Positions 1-12,626 of a DNA stretch of 64,000 nucleotides are shown in pieces. Source of the DNA: Neoechinorhynchus agilis (lineage: Eukaryota > Animalia > Acanthocephala); NCBI GenBank assembly GCA_051530055.1, contig CM121342.1:8380388-8444387 (forward strand). Direction: 5' to 3'. The position numbers were made by a program, and so were the translations under genes. Under the pieces are notes generated by a model. It had not been told where the DNA came from. It ran no database searches and saw only the letters and a program-made list of their open reading frames with translations. Each line of letters begins with the position of its first letter. Position 1 is the first letter of the stretch.

Positions 1-343
1 ATTTCGTATTTTACAGATATTTTAACTCTTTAAAACGTACTATTCCTTCTAATTGTTTGGAGTACAGAGGTTCACTGATATTTGAGTTTTTCTTGTTTTT
101 ATGATATTTTCCTAGGATATATTCAGACGACATATACTGCTGCTTGGAAACGTTATTGTTTAAAAGATGTCATCCTCTTTTTGAGATCGTTACTGCCATC
201 TCTAAACATGTTTATCGACGAATCATAAATGAAAAAACATAGCGTTTGATTGTGTTTAAATCGCACTTCCATATTACCTTTCGTTTTTCTTAGGTTTTTA
301 TGGCATGATTTATATTCAAAAACATTCTTTACCTTAGCGTCAG

Positions 344-1270
344 CTAGGACGGTTTAGCGATCGATGATTTGGAGACTTCGGCGCTTGCATCGATTAACTC
401 ATTCAGACTTTTATTTTGAACACCGCTTACTTTTTTAGAGATTCCACATTGATCTTCTTCATTCGTCTGTTTCTGAGACTCGGCATTGGTCAAATCCTGT
501 TTAAAATAATTCGTAACTCCGTTTTTCTCATTTTCGAAAACTGATTTTATTTTAGAGGCCACTCCTTTTGATGAGATGTTCGAGAATTGTATTGTCCTTA
601 ATTTGTTTTATTCTGTATAAAATCCGTATTAATTTCGATTCACGGAATTCGGCCTTTGTCGCGTTCATGTGAAGAATTTCATGCAGGATACCGGATACCA
701 TTTTTTCGACCTTGTAATCTTCGTTCAATGCAATTCTAAGCTTTCTATAGAGCGCACAAATTAGGTTTTTGTACTTCTGACTTATTCATTTTTGTCTGAA
801 AGTAGTTGTTTCCGAGCTGATGGCGCAGCATTCAGAGTATGTTATCTCGTTGATTCTAGTTTACGACAGTGATCTACGTTTAATATTTTCTTGAATTTGA
901 TCCTTGATTTATAGAGGAAACATTTTGTGCTATAGTTCTCCTCATTGCTCGCCATTCGCTTTACAATTTGGAACATATCACAATTAAGAATATCGTTATC
1001 GGTAACCGATCAAGTCAATCATTATCGTAGATTTCCTTTCGCTAACGTTTGAATGACCGCCCTGTAATCTTCATCCAAATTGTCCCGAAATTCGTCTCAT
1101 ATTTTTTCGAATGACTTCTCCTCGTTTGTTAAGCATTCTCGTTTCGATCTTTAGCTTTCTGAAGATTACTAAACGCGTGGTTCATCGAAGGTTGCCGAAT
1201 TTGAGCAAGATCTTGGTTATCGCGTTTTTGAATTAAAAACATTTGAATAAACTTTTTCCAATTTTAGGTC
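344..1270 (-). pseudogene. Decayed protein-like reading frame of unknown family
   Basis: Minus-strand translation gives long protein-like stretches (e.g. EFRDNLDEDYRAVIQTLAKGNL, SVTDNDILNCDMFQIVKRMASNEENYSTKCFLYKSRIKFKK) broken by stops and frameshifts. No family recognised. Confidence 0.25.
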
Positions 1271-2043
1271 TTCATTGACTTTGCTCACTCGCCAAAATAG
1301 CAACAAATAATAAAATAATTACAGAGTCAAAAAATGCGTTTCTCATCTAATTATGTGAAGGATTGTGAGCAATTTTTTTTATCGTAGAGTTGAATTTTTA
1401 TGGTCACTACTTTCAATGATTGTTTTCAAATTTTTAAATCTCCAAGATTTTAAAGGAATGACAGCATATCAGGACTTAAAATTTTCTTACAACCAACAGC
1501 TACTTCTTTAATGCAAAAAACACATTAAATTTTTTATAATTGAATTGGTCCAGCGGAAATAAATTCTCCACGTGATTCAGGTTTATGACCAAGTACCCAG
1601 TGGAACTATCTGTTGCCGAGACATTGCTTAGGTCCCGGACGGTTGGACGGGGAAGGAATGTTCCGCAGACAATGTGAGAGAGAGTTATGGACATCAGATA
1701 GACAAAGCCCCAGAACTGCTCAACATTCCGTTTCGATGTAACTACTTTAACATAGTTTACATTCCCATGTACGTTTGTATATTATCAAGAACTGAACATT
1801 TTGAGCGCCATTGCAATCGTTTATGGTGATTTAAAACGTTTCATTATAAAACTGGCATTGATTATCCCGGCGGTATTTAACAATTCATTTTTCAGAGATG
1901 ATGTATTTTAGTTAATTTTAGGCGACATAGAGCTGGAGGCATTATTTACATTGTTTACTTTTAGATTTAGAGATCTACAATAAGAGAAAGATTCCAATAA
2001 ATCGGATTTGATTTTCCAATATTCGTGGATGAAATTTTGAGCG

Positions 2044-2115
2044 TCGGTGTTAGTATAGTGGTGAGTATACCCGCCTGTCACGCGGGTGACCGGGGTTCGA
2101 TTCCCCGACACCGAG
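2044..2115 (+). tRNA. tRNA-Asp (anticodon GTC)
   Basis: 72-nt cloverleaf: acceptor stem TCGGTGT/ACACCGA plus discriminator G, D arm TAGTATAGTGGTGAGTATA, anticodon arm CCCGC-CTGTCAC-GCGGG, T arm CCGGGGTTCGATTCCCCG. TTTT at 2140-2143 is a possible Pol III terminator. Confidence 0.97.
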
Positions 2116-2455
2116 ATCGAATCTTTAAAAGGCGTCGTGTTTTCTTGTTCTTCGACAATGGTTAGCTAATTTCAATCAATTAAAAAATTTGAGTACTGAG
2201 AAATCGCAAAAGGAACAATCGAGGTCGGACAACTGGCAGTGACATATACACTCATGATAGCTGAAAATTCCCGGCCTTTTATTGAAACGGCCCAACTAAA
2301 CATTAATCACGTTGGTAAAAGCACTGCTTTGACAAGAAATAATTATCTACATTGTTTACAAGTTGCTTTGCTTTCTTGCTTCGTGTCTCCATTTTGACAA
2401 TCATCAAACAATTTAAATACCGCATCTAATGGACAGTAAATTATTACATTGGCTT

Positions 2456-2771
2456 AAAACTAACAAATGTATATTGAATATTATCATTCAATTTTAGTCA
2501 ATCCCTTTCTTGTCCGGCTTATTTATTTAGGCATAAAGCCAAACCAATTACATCAGAGAAGTGATATAACCACATAGTCTCTAATGCAGGGTTAAGAGTT
2601 TGTACATTCCTCCGGATCCTCAGATACCTCCAGGAGGCGGGACTCATCAGTGAGTTTCCTCCGTTCAGCGGTATTTCGTCCCCTTTGGCTGTGCGTCATT
2701 AGTGGTAACGGATTCGAACCACTTGACCCCTAATCGGTATCATGGGCATTAGTCCACTTGACCACCTCGAC
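2456..2771 (-). mobile_element. tRNA-derived SINE-like / Pol III unit carrying a hammerhead motif
   Basis: A box TGGTCAAGTGG (2764-2754) and B box GGTTCGAATCC (2720-2710) are 33 nt apart, as in a tRNA. A T arm forms, but the acceptor and anticodon stems are degenerate. The first minus-strand TTTT is at 2459-2456, giving an ~315-nt unit. Confidence 0.6.
2614..2684 (-). ncRNA. Hammerhead ribozyme core with non-circularly permuted strand order
   Basis: Minus strand reads GGGAC-GAAA-TACC ... CTCA-CTGATGA-GTCCC ... GGTA-TC-TGAG. All invariant core bases are present; stems II (GTCCC/GGGAC), III (ATACC/GGTAT) and I (CTCA/TGAG) pair perfectly. Predicted cleavage after AUC, between 2623 and 2622. Confidence 0.75.
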
Positions 2772-3158
2772 ATAACTACGAAATGTCAAACTTAGCCAGT
2801 TTATCGACTCAGGGTGAGCGCTGTGTTAGTAACAATGTCTTAGCTTCTTATTCCAAACATTTGTGCTATTTCTATTTTTATGTAATAAAAGGCCAATAAT
2901 CTCAATTTTTATTGTTTAAAATTTTATGGAAATCGAGTAAAATCACATGCTTTAATTTAGGTTCTGGCATAAAAAATCAGCGATGAACACATCGATATAT
3001 TTCGTTTCAAACTTAAATGTTTTTGAACTGTGCATTAAAGTGACGAGTTGTGAATGTAAGACTTTCTCTCTCTTAGACTAGAATTTTTATGTACGAAGAA
3101 TTCCATTTATATATTTGCAGACAGTGCTATTCAAGAGACCGTTTACTCATTTAATGTC

Positions 3159-3434
3159 ATCGAAGTGTTTTCCGCATTGTCTCCAACCAAGCCTGTGACT
3201 AATGTCGAGTTTGCTGCGTTTTATGTACTTCGGAGAAGCCTATTGTGATATTCTGCTATTATAAGATCCTTGAAACTTCCGCAAGGTATCGATGAATCGA
3301 AGTGTTTTCCGCATTGTCTCCAACCAAGCCTGTGACTAATGTCGAGTTTGCTGCGTTTTATATACTTCGGAGAAGCCTATTGTGATATTCTGCTATTATA
3401 AGATCCTTGAAACTTCCGCAAGGTATCGATGAAT
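3159..3434. repeat. Tandem duplication, two copies of 137 bp
   Basis: ATCGAAGTGTTTTCCGCATTG... starts at 3159 and 3296; the copies are nearly identical. Confidence 0.95.
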
Positions 3435-4149
3435 TCGCAATTAATCCAATAGAAAGCCGCCAATTTACTCCAAACCGCAATTTATTTTTACAAATAAATG
3501 CTGTGATTGAGAGAGAAAACAGGAGTTAATGACGATCATAAGCGAGAAATATATTCTGCTAACTGCTTCACAGAATGCTGAGCATTTTATCGAAAAGGCA
3601 GCCAAGTTAATGCTGTACTCGTACAGGTTTGTACAATTAAAAAATCTGTTTTTTATAATGAGTTCTTGCGACCGTTTTTATTGCGATTTGTGAAATACTT
3701 AAGTGAGTTCATCTCTAGTCTTATAGAAATTTATTCAGCGCATTTTAGTGTAAGTATATTTCAAAGCTATTTATACCGAAAATTCACTTTGTTTATTAAA
3801 AGTAAAATTTTCGACTTTAAGGCCAGTTTTTATGTTTTGTTTCTTATAAAATTAAATCAACCATTTTTAAACTGTCAACATATAGCCTCCTCCAAAATAG
3901 TTGATAGTAAAGTAATATCTTAATCGTAATCGCCTTTTAACTTCAAATTTCAAAATTCTGAATTTTTAAAATGCTATCAAGAGCGAATTGTTTACATTTT
4001 TATTTAAACATTTAGGATAAATCCAATTTTTCTGTAAGGGAATCGAGTTATGCCGAATCTTTTGAATTTTAAAAAATATAACCTCATCCCGTTTAGCTGA
4101 TTTTTGTATTTACAGATGCAAGTTTTACAATTAATCTCGATTGTTTCAA

Positions 4150-4650
4150 AATTATATCGTTATGTTGAGTCGAGTAAAGATGTTGTTCCTTTCCTTAATT
4201 CCAGCTCTCCATTATCTTTCCCCGTATCCGCCCAAGAAAGTTCTTAAAGAATTTCGCCCTCGAGTAAACACGCTATATTTGAGTAAAAATCTATTTGATA
4301 TCGACAAGCAAACACACTCTCTCGAATTCGGTCTCAGTGTATTGTATTTGTTCGATGGCACCGTAAACGATCATCAGCTTTGCTTCATAATAGCGTTATT
4401 AGATAAAGTCGGTGATAGGTTTGTTGAGGAGCGAGATATAGCCATTCTGTGGATGGCAAGTGTCGGTGATATTTCTACAGGGAGGAACAAAATTGAACAC
4501 GTTGTCTCAGACAATAAATAAAACAAGAGTCTGCGCCTTGTGTCACACCAGCATCCGACAAATATGAGTCTAGTGCCATTTTGGAAGTCGATGTTTAGTG
4601 CCGCCTGTCGATTGCATTTCTCGTGTTAATGATTCTTGAAATGTTTCGAT
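4150..4650 (-). pseudogene. Decayed ORF of unknown family
   Basis: One minus frame reads LNIDFQNGTRLIFVGCWCD...PITDFI**RYYEAKLMIVYGAIEQIQYTETEFERVCLLVDIK*IFTQI*, with several TAA/TAG stops. The listed + ORF 4141-4521 is probably its antisense shadow. Confidence 0.25.
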
Positions 4651-6779
4651 TACACATAGCTAAAATAACATGGAAAGTTCAATTAATGTAATGAAATTCG
4701 ATACTATTTTCTATTCAGGCAAACACACAAATGTCATTCATTAAAATTTTAAAAATTATTATCTAACAAGGGTTTGTATAAAAGGTTTTATTTAAATTAG
4801 AACGAAATTGTATCAACGAACGTGCGAAACAACCTTGATCAATAAATTATTTTAGTTTTTTGCCATATAAAAACAAGAACAAATTCATTGATTTTTATAC
4901 ATGTGTGGGTGTAAAAAAATTAAATCAAGTATATCTATACTGAGTATGAAATTACTTTTTTAAAAAAGAAACACAATCACACTTTTTAGTGGTTTTAATT
5001 AAAAAAATTTGCAAGTTTCTTCATCGTTTTTCAATTTTTGTCTGTTTGCAAGTATTATTCCAAAGAATTGTCGATATGTGTGAGGAGTAGGAGGTACCGG
5101 CGCGGGGGGGGCAAAAAAGGGGTGTTATTTAGAAGTCTTCACCCGGTAAATCATTTATTAAAAACGTTCTGCGAACATCGTCAGGTTGGTATTAAGCGTC
5201 TTTTAATAACTAAAAAACTGATGATGAACCCGACGAGGTTAGCAGAACGTATTTAATAAAAAATGCTTAAAGATTGAATTATTCATGCTTGTTTATGGTG
5301 TAAAAATTAAAAGAATTTATTGATTCCAATATTTCGACACAATCCTTGCCAAAGATTGTAGTCATGCAGAGGTTCTGATTAATGAAATCTATGACCTGGC
5401 GTAAAACAAGAGAGTCCTTTACGGCCCGCCACCATGTTGAGTTGCCACCTGATCGAATTTTAGAGGAAAGGAAGTTTTTGCGGGCGATAAGTATTTTGTT
5501 AGTAAGTGTTTTTTGTAAACGGGGAGAGTCTGGCTGTTATTGCGACGGGACTGTCGATTTCCCATGTAGAAAAAAGAGATTTTGGACAACTATTCTTTTA
5601 AATGCACCTTTAGGAGAATCGAAAGTTTTGTTAAACGCTCAAGAAACTTGACGAAACCAAAGGCGAATAATTGTGTCTCTTCGTACGCCCCTTTCTACAA
5701 GCATTGCTAAAAAGCTAGGAAAGTTATTCTACAGCCTAAATATTGATTATAACCTTTGAAGCAACATTTAAATTAGTTATTTTTTAACAAAATTCTTGCC
5801 TATAACGTTTTTAGAATACTATAAGCAAACGATTTCAGTAATACGAACTACAGATCGGTTAAAATGTGAACCGATGGATTTTATGGGATAGATTGTAATT
5901 TATTCCCCGGCACCTCACATATCGACATTTTTATATCGATGAAGAATATATGGAGCGTAAAATAAAGATTTTATGAATTTTAAAAGTTTTTTAAATGTTT
6001 TGACGATGTCCTTCTTTTTTCAAGATTATTACTTTAAATTCAAAAGTAGTCGTTTAATATAAATTTTTAAATTTAAATCTAAGATAACTAGAAACCGCAT
6101 ACATTTGTCACAATAAATTTATAACACTCATTTAATCATTATTTGGTTTCTGCATAAATATCTATTAGGTACAAATATTTGTTGTTGATAATGAAAATAT
6201 ATTTTGTGTTGCAAGCTCTCCGATTTCTTCGTAGAAACATTAACTGACTACTGTATTTATCTGCTAAGAAATTCGCTGGATGTTCATGCAATGCTCTCCA
6301 ATGCTCATTTTCTGCCGAGCGTTGTTTCGAATAATTTATCCTTTTTTGTCACCAAATTAATTATTGAAGTTTATTCCTTTATACATGTAAATGTGCTGAT
6401 CGACTTTGCACAAAAGCGGTGCTATTCTTGTGGGCATCTTTACTTCTCCATTTCCAATCACGCACAAGAACTATCGATCGATTGTTTCATTATATAAAAC
6501 TCGAACATAGTCATAAGAATATAAATCACAACTCTAAGCAAATTGAACGAGTATGCAGCAGACTACAAACATTCAAGCGGTTCCGAATCTCATAGAATTC
6601 CGAAATTAAACACTAGGTTTTAAATCTCTCACAAATTATTTCAGAGTTTAATTCGGACGTTAATACTTTTTGTTCTACGAATCGGAATAAATCTTCTCCA
6701 CGGACGACTCCACACTCTCCACTCTTGGTACTATCTCTAATGCCTTTTTCGAAACTTCATAACTGTTGATGATGGTTCC

Positions 6780-7567
6780 CAGCTTTTCGAGTGCCAGGTT
6801 CTTATGTTGGAAGGCAGATCGTCGTATTTCGCTCATGTGGGATGTTTAATATTACTGTATCACGAATCCGCATCTCGGTAGCTTTTTGCTCATCTTGCAC
6901 TTCCGATTTAAAAAAATTGCATCCTATTGACACGTCCCATAGCTCTGATATCCAATCCTTATAACCTTGTCCTGGTTTCATTTGGGTCTTACTAAAACGA
7001 TATCGTGCAGCTACCTCGTGTACTTGTTTCAACTCTTCGAAAGAGCAATCACTGGGTTTTCTCGTGCCCAAACTTTTCCGAACCTTTGCATAAATCTGCG
7101 GACTGGTCCACGCCAACAAGCAAGCCTGCATTACGTCTTAGGTTTCAACCCCGCACAATTCTAAATCTTTTGACCTCATAATCATCCCACGTCTCACTAT
7201 CAAGATCGAAAGACCGAAACACTTGTATATCTCTATGCTTTTGCTCGATTCTATTTTCGCCCAGCTTTGTTTGTCCCATTGGTTTAATCATCAATTCCAG
7301 CAACTCATGTTGCTTCTCTATGAGGGACTGCATCATTGAGATCCTACTCTCGTCATCAAATGTCGTGCTCTGATCTGTGTTAGGTGAACGCATATATATT
7401 TAACAACGAACACACGCTCACAGTATAACAAGGCACCAAGTGCCAAATAATTACCATGTGACGACACCGTCAATCGTTATATTACTACATTATTACAGTT
7501 TTGTTGCTATCCCGCACGTAAAGCATCGTATTGAAAAGCGATACCTTATTGTGGTTAAGGGATAACA
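6780..7567 (-). mobile_element. Degenerate Ty3/gypsy LTR retrotransposon 5' end (candidate LTR, PBS, gag)
   Basis: Frameshifted ORFs carry gypsy gag-like motifs (FDLDSETWDDY; LLAWTSPQIYAKVRKSLGTRKPSDCSFEEL; RYRF...Q.KPGQ; MRIRDTVILNI). TGGTGCCTTG (7438-7429) lies 2 nt after a CA and resembles a tRNA-His PBS. Candidate LTR TGTTA...GGCA at 7567-7441; no second LTR seen. Confidence 0.75.
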
Positions 7568-7699
7568 TTTCTGGCCTGTTTTATACGAATCTAAGAATTC
7601 GAAGAGGCAACAGAGATGCGTATCTCCTTTAATGAGAATTTAAGTACTCTCGTGCCACACATATACATCAAGGATTTATTATATATAAATTTGCAGAAG

Positions 7700-7940
7700 A
7701 GATCGTCGTTCTCTGTAGATCGTCTTTGTGATCCGCTAAAAGAACGATGTCGTCTTCATGGAAGAAGTACGATAGCTTCTCCTCCCTCGCCGAAGGTGCA
7801 GTCGAGTTTAGAATCATGTAAGGATTTGGCTAGGTAATCCAGGCATAGAGCAAATAGAAAAGGTGAAAGCGGGAAAATAGGACCTATAAACGCACCGCCA
7901 CTTGTGTGGATGTTAATCTTAATGGAGCGGTGAGACACCC
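7700..7940 (-). mobile_element. Non-LTR retrotransposon reverse transcriptase remnant
   Basis: PLSPFLFALCLDYL (RT QG.PLSP.LF motif region), followed after a frameshift by SYFFHEDDIVL (degenerate Y.DD motif). Confidence 0.7.
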
Positions 7941-8379
7941 TGCGCTGTTTACTCGCGCTTCAACGAGTTTCTTCACTTTAACATTCAGAGCACTGGGCAG
8001 GATGCGTATCTCCTTTAATGAGAATTTAAGTACTCTCATGCCACACATAAACATGTCTTATACGTCCATTGGCTAACCTAATTAGTCGCAGGCCAATCAA
8101 AAAGGCAGGTAAAAGTGCATAGGAAATTAGATAGATACACATTGCGATCACAGCGAACGTATCGATGTAAAAGTAGCAAAACGTAAATACCATAATAACT
8201 CTCAAAATGCCTCCAAGAAATCGCACACTGTATTGTGCGAAAGTATCAAACGAGTAACTATCCGTACTTATGAGACTGCTAAGATATCCCGATTCGATTC
8301 GATTGCATTGATGAAGAGAAAGCTTTAAGCACTAGAATGTGTAGCCAAGGAATTGCGCAATTTTATCATTCTCAAAATT

Positions 8380-8613
8380 TCTTACCTTTGCATAAACCAA
8401 TCTCATGAAAGCCGCTCTTGCTTCGAAGCCAAGGCATAGTGATTCATGCAGCGACCAACAACTCGTAAGTGAACTTGCGTGAAATAATGAAATTTGAGAT
8501 AGCAAGAAGATCCATGCACGATTGTCTGTGAGAGGATTCGACCGAATATAGGGATCATCGCGAGAAGAAGTGCGGCTTGTTTGAGAAGTGAAACAAATAA
8601 ATAGGGAAAACAA
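8380..8613 (-). pseudogene. Possible ABCC-type transporter fragment
   Basis: ESLCLGFEARAAFMRLVYAKV weakly resembles the ABCC TMD1 G.r.R.A....(I/V)Y.K motif; no nucleotide-binding domain nearby. Confidence 0.2.
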
Positions 8614-10514
8614 ATTTCCCAGTTTAAAATAGTTGGTTCATCCTTACTCAACACTCCAGACTCTAATTTCGATTACGACACAAAAATTAAAGTTGAATTA
8701 AAGATAAATTCTACTTTTTGCTTATATTTTGCAACGGGTATGAGACATTTGTTCTTAAATGGAACGCGGAAGCTTCCATTGTATCGGATTGACAAATATC
8801 TATAAAAAAGGACTTTTTTGACATAAACCTAGTACACAACTGCGGTTCTATGCTACCAATAAAAGGGCTTATAAAACTATGAAAACCGAGTGATCAGAAA
8901 TGATGATTTTACCAGTGGTCGAAAATGCTGACCTCTAATACATTAAGGAACGTCGATAGTATGATTTTTTTGGAGAAATACGCAGAGAAATATCTGTGTC
9001 AGACTGCGCTTTTTTGACGATAGTTGATTTTTCCATCTCCTGTTGAAAATAAAAATTATTTGCACATAATATTTTTTTGATACCGTTCAATTTCCCTTCC
9101 AGCTCGAGATGCTTTTCTTTGCTCGGGTAATCCAGAGATGTCCGTTTCGTGAAGAGGTCTATGAATGCGAAAAAAGATTGGTGCAACATACCTAAGAAAT
9201 GTTTCAGTTTAAAGGTTATTTAAAAAATAGTAACAAACGAAAAATAAAGTTTTGCAAAAAGATTTGTTCCAGATGCAATATTTGCTATATTCTGAACTTT
9301 GAAGCTGATCATTGCGTTGAAGCGCCGATATCGCTGTGAGCTTTGTCGACGAATGTCGCATAGCAATATATCCATCCTGAACTCGACATTGTTTGTCGGC
9401 AGGTTTAAGCAAAAGCAAACTAATTTTGTTAAAAACATCTAACAAGTTGTTTATGCGATATGTTTTCGATGAAGATGCAACACAGTTTAGAATGCGATAT
9501 ATATAGGTTTCCAAAAACCATCAGAGTGTGCAACAGTTTTCTGCCAAAACTTTGAATGAAGATTTCAGGCCTCATAATCCCCAGGATGGGCCAAAAATTA
9601 CTGTGGTTAGTTTGATCCCTTGAACCGATTTGATAATGAAAGAAGTTTGGGTGTAAGTGGTGCTCTTTAGTTCTCGACGTTTAGTTTAATTTTAAAATGT
9701 CTGTGCGTAAGGAAAACTATATAAAAATCTTCAGGGAAGCTCTGGGCCCTGCTGATGTAAGTTTTGTTGATGCTAAGTAAAAACACTATTTTCTCAAAAT
9801 GTTTTGAGATTTAAAGATCTCCTTCCCTGGCTTTATCATAAAGGTAGCGTTCTCAGATGTTTCCATGTCAGTTTGTGGGTCAGGACAGGAATATTTCCAC
9901 ATTGGGTCACATTCCGTGAGTACCGCGAATCCATCTACGACTAAAACCTGATAATTTGTCAATAATATGCTTGATGGAGACCATCCAAATCGCAATGCAC
10001 TTTTAAATCTAGATGCTTAATGTGCCCGCGGCTCCACATAAAAAATGAGAACAACTCCATGGGAAGAACAAAATACGCCAATTGTGGTAAAATTCATCCT
10101 GCCTTTTTGCGAGTTTGCACGTTTGTTAACAAATATTCTAGTGAAGCTCGCAGTAAGGACAAAAAGAGAAACCGAAAAATTTGATCGGCAAAATATCTTG
10201 AAGGTTACTAAACGTGGCACTGAAGCTTCTTAGCCGAGTGAATCTGCCCAAAAGACTCACAATGAAGCGGGCAAAAATGAGGTGAGGCTCAGAAGGTCTT
10301 TTGCTGATGTTAATGATCTCTCTTTCAAGGGAAGAGACCTTCTCAAAGAAATAAATCTTCCTAAAAAAACATAAATCGGATCATCAATAGACTTGCCCTT
10401 CAAGCGTGCTCTAATAACGAGATCGAATCCACACAATTCCACATTCTAGATTTGATGGATTATTTACAACAACTAAATGCGTAGATATTGGAGATCTTAA
10501 AAACATCAAACCAT

Positions 10515-10670
10515 GATACGGATATTCCCATCCGCCCGGACTCGTAATCCACTCCAAAATCAATAGTCAGATTAATTTATCCAATCACAACTCGAGTGTT
10601 TATGAAGACCCAAAGGGAGATTTGGGTCCTCTTCATTGTGCTTTAACAAATAAAACGTGTTATTATTATC
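10515..10670 (-). repeat. Diverged solo partial monomer of the 277-bp satellite
   Basis: Minus strand has ATAATAATAACACGTT, GGACCCA, CACTCGAGTT and CGGATGGGAATATCCG, in the same order as in the 53-59 kb repeat unit. Confidence 0.75.
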
Positions 10671-12626
10671 CGAAATCGAACAATTCGGCTATTGTGAATG
10701 TCTTAAATATAAAATTCAACGATTGAAATGTTTTAGACAGAGAAACAAAATACGGATTTAATGTTTTTAGTATTCTCGAATAACCAGGAATGTAAGAATG
10801 ATGCATAATTATCGGAAATAATGAACGATAACAGTGATTTTTCACCCCAAACTCACAAATACTTAATATTTTTACGACTACAATGTGAGTCATAGAAAAT
10901 CAATATTTCTAAACCGCGACAAACGCGAAAATTCGAACGATTTGTATTTTTCTATGAAATTGTACGCAAGGAAATTGGTTTCCACTGAAATCAATTAACT
11001 GAATTGAATAAAATACGAAACGAAAGAAGCAGTTTTAAAAGAATCGTCGTAAATCCCAAAACCCAGAATTTAAATTCAAAAATGACATATTTCCTAGGTT
11101 TGTTACAAGCGGATCTTGAACTGCTAATTCACCGCCTCACTGGAATCATCCCTGATCGAGTACCAATCGATCCCGAAATACCGTCCTTTCATGACAATGA
11201 GAACTTTACCGGCATTTGGGTTGAATGGTGTTGGATCGGTTCGAAGTATCCAATTATTTTTAGTTTCTAAAAAAATTACTACAATAAATTTTACAAGATT
11301 TTCTCATTTTGTAATTTATAGCGAATTTTAAAGGGATCACGAAAACCTTCTTTATTGCTGAATTATTAAAACAGCTTTATCTGTTTTAGATCATTCATTA
11401 AAATAAATCGCTTGTTTAGTTCTCAAATCTATAGCCAAAGTTGTTTTCTTTCAATAAATTCAGCAAAAGCATTGTCGAATCTTCACGGTTTTCTTAAAAT
11501 AAAAGAGATTTTTTCTTTATCATCTACATCGGATCCGCTGCCTTCACTATCGCTCAACATTTTAAGCACGACTAAATGTAATCAATAAATTAAGTTGCAA
11601 CCTTCGCTGTTGGAATTAAAAAACAATTCCACAACCGGGATGTCTTTTAAATTGTTGAAACAAGCGCTCTTTCACTTTGTATGATTTTCAAACAATTCGA
11701 TTATAATGACCGCTCAGTCTTGTTCGAGAGGCAAATCCACTTATTCGATTATCAAGAATCAATGAACTTACGAAATGTTCGAGACTAATGAAGTCAAAGT
11801 CCGGTTTTAAATTAAAATTCTAATTCCCCCAATGGTATTCATGCGTTTAGAGATCCAACAAAAAATTTAAGTCGTTGACGCCATTTTCTCCGACATTTGA
11901 CCAAGGGTAGATTGTAAACACTTCTTTTTATAAATGTATTGAAATTTCTGCACTTTATCATCGATCTACTCGCTAACTATGATAACTGCCTCATAAAAAT
12001 GTTTTAAAAGTTTAAAATGAAGTTACATCACATTTTTATTTAATCCAAGGAACTTTTACCAAAATACGAAGAATGCCAAGTCTTGTTAAATGTTTCAATA
12101 TAATTAAAAATTGAATTATAGCTTTAAAGGCGTTTATCAAGTAAAGGTATTTTGTTACTTCATTTTAAAACTTTCCATTTTAGAATTATAAAAAATCGAG
12201 ACTTGTTAAATGAGAATTTTCCTGGCATGGCATATATTTTATATTTTTAAGTTTGAATGAAACTAATATCTTTGGAAATTTAGTTAAACTGCGTAGAATT
12301 AATTCTGTTCTAACACTTTCTAAAAATCTTTAACAAATAATTTTCTTCGAACGAAATGAAAATTTGGCCCTTTGAATTTGGAAAGCAAACTTTCTTATTT
12401 CTTCGAATTGTTAATATGAAAGTTTTTAGTAACCACTTATAAATTTTTTGATTAAACTCGCGGAAATTTTGAAATTAAAAATTGTTTGATTCTATAAAAT
12501 AAATTTGATCAATTTTTTCTTGTATCGCAAGAAAAATTTTCCTCTTAGTAATGCAAACTACGTGAGCGGGTTTGAAATGTTTTAAAGAGGAAAATTTCTA
12601 TAAAACTCCCGTGCGTACGCGGTTCA

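Noticed and set aside
2700-2771. A second functional tRNA gene
   Set aside because: The acceptor and anticodon stems do not pair; kept only as a tRNA-derived head.
344-4650. Possible TAA/TAG reassignment suggested by stop-ridden frames that read well with Gln
   Set aside because: Intact genes read through in the standard code and some end in TAA (e.g. SLC3A2-like). C-to-T decay of CAA/CAG explains the pattern, and TGA stops and frameshifts also occur.
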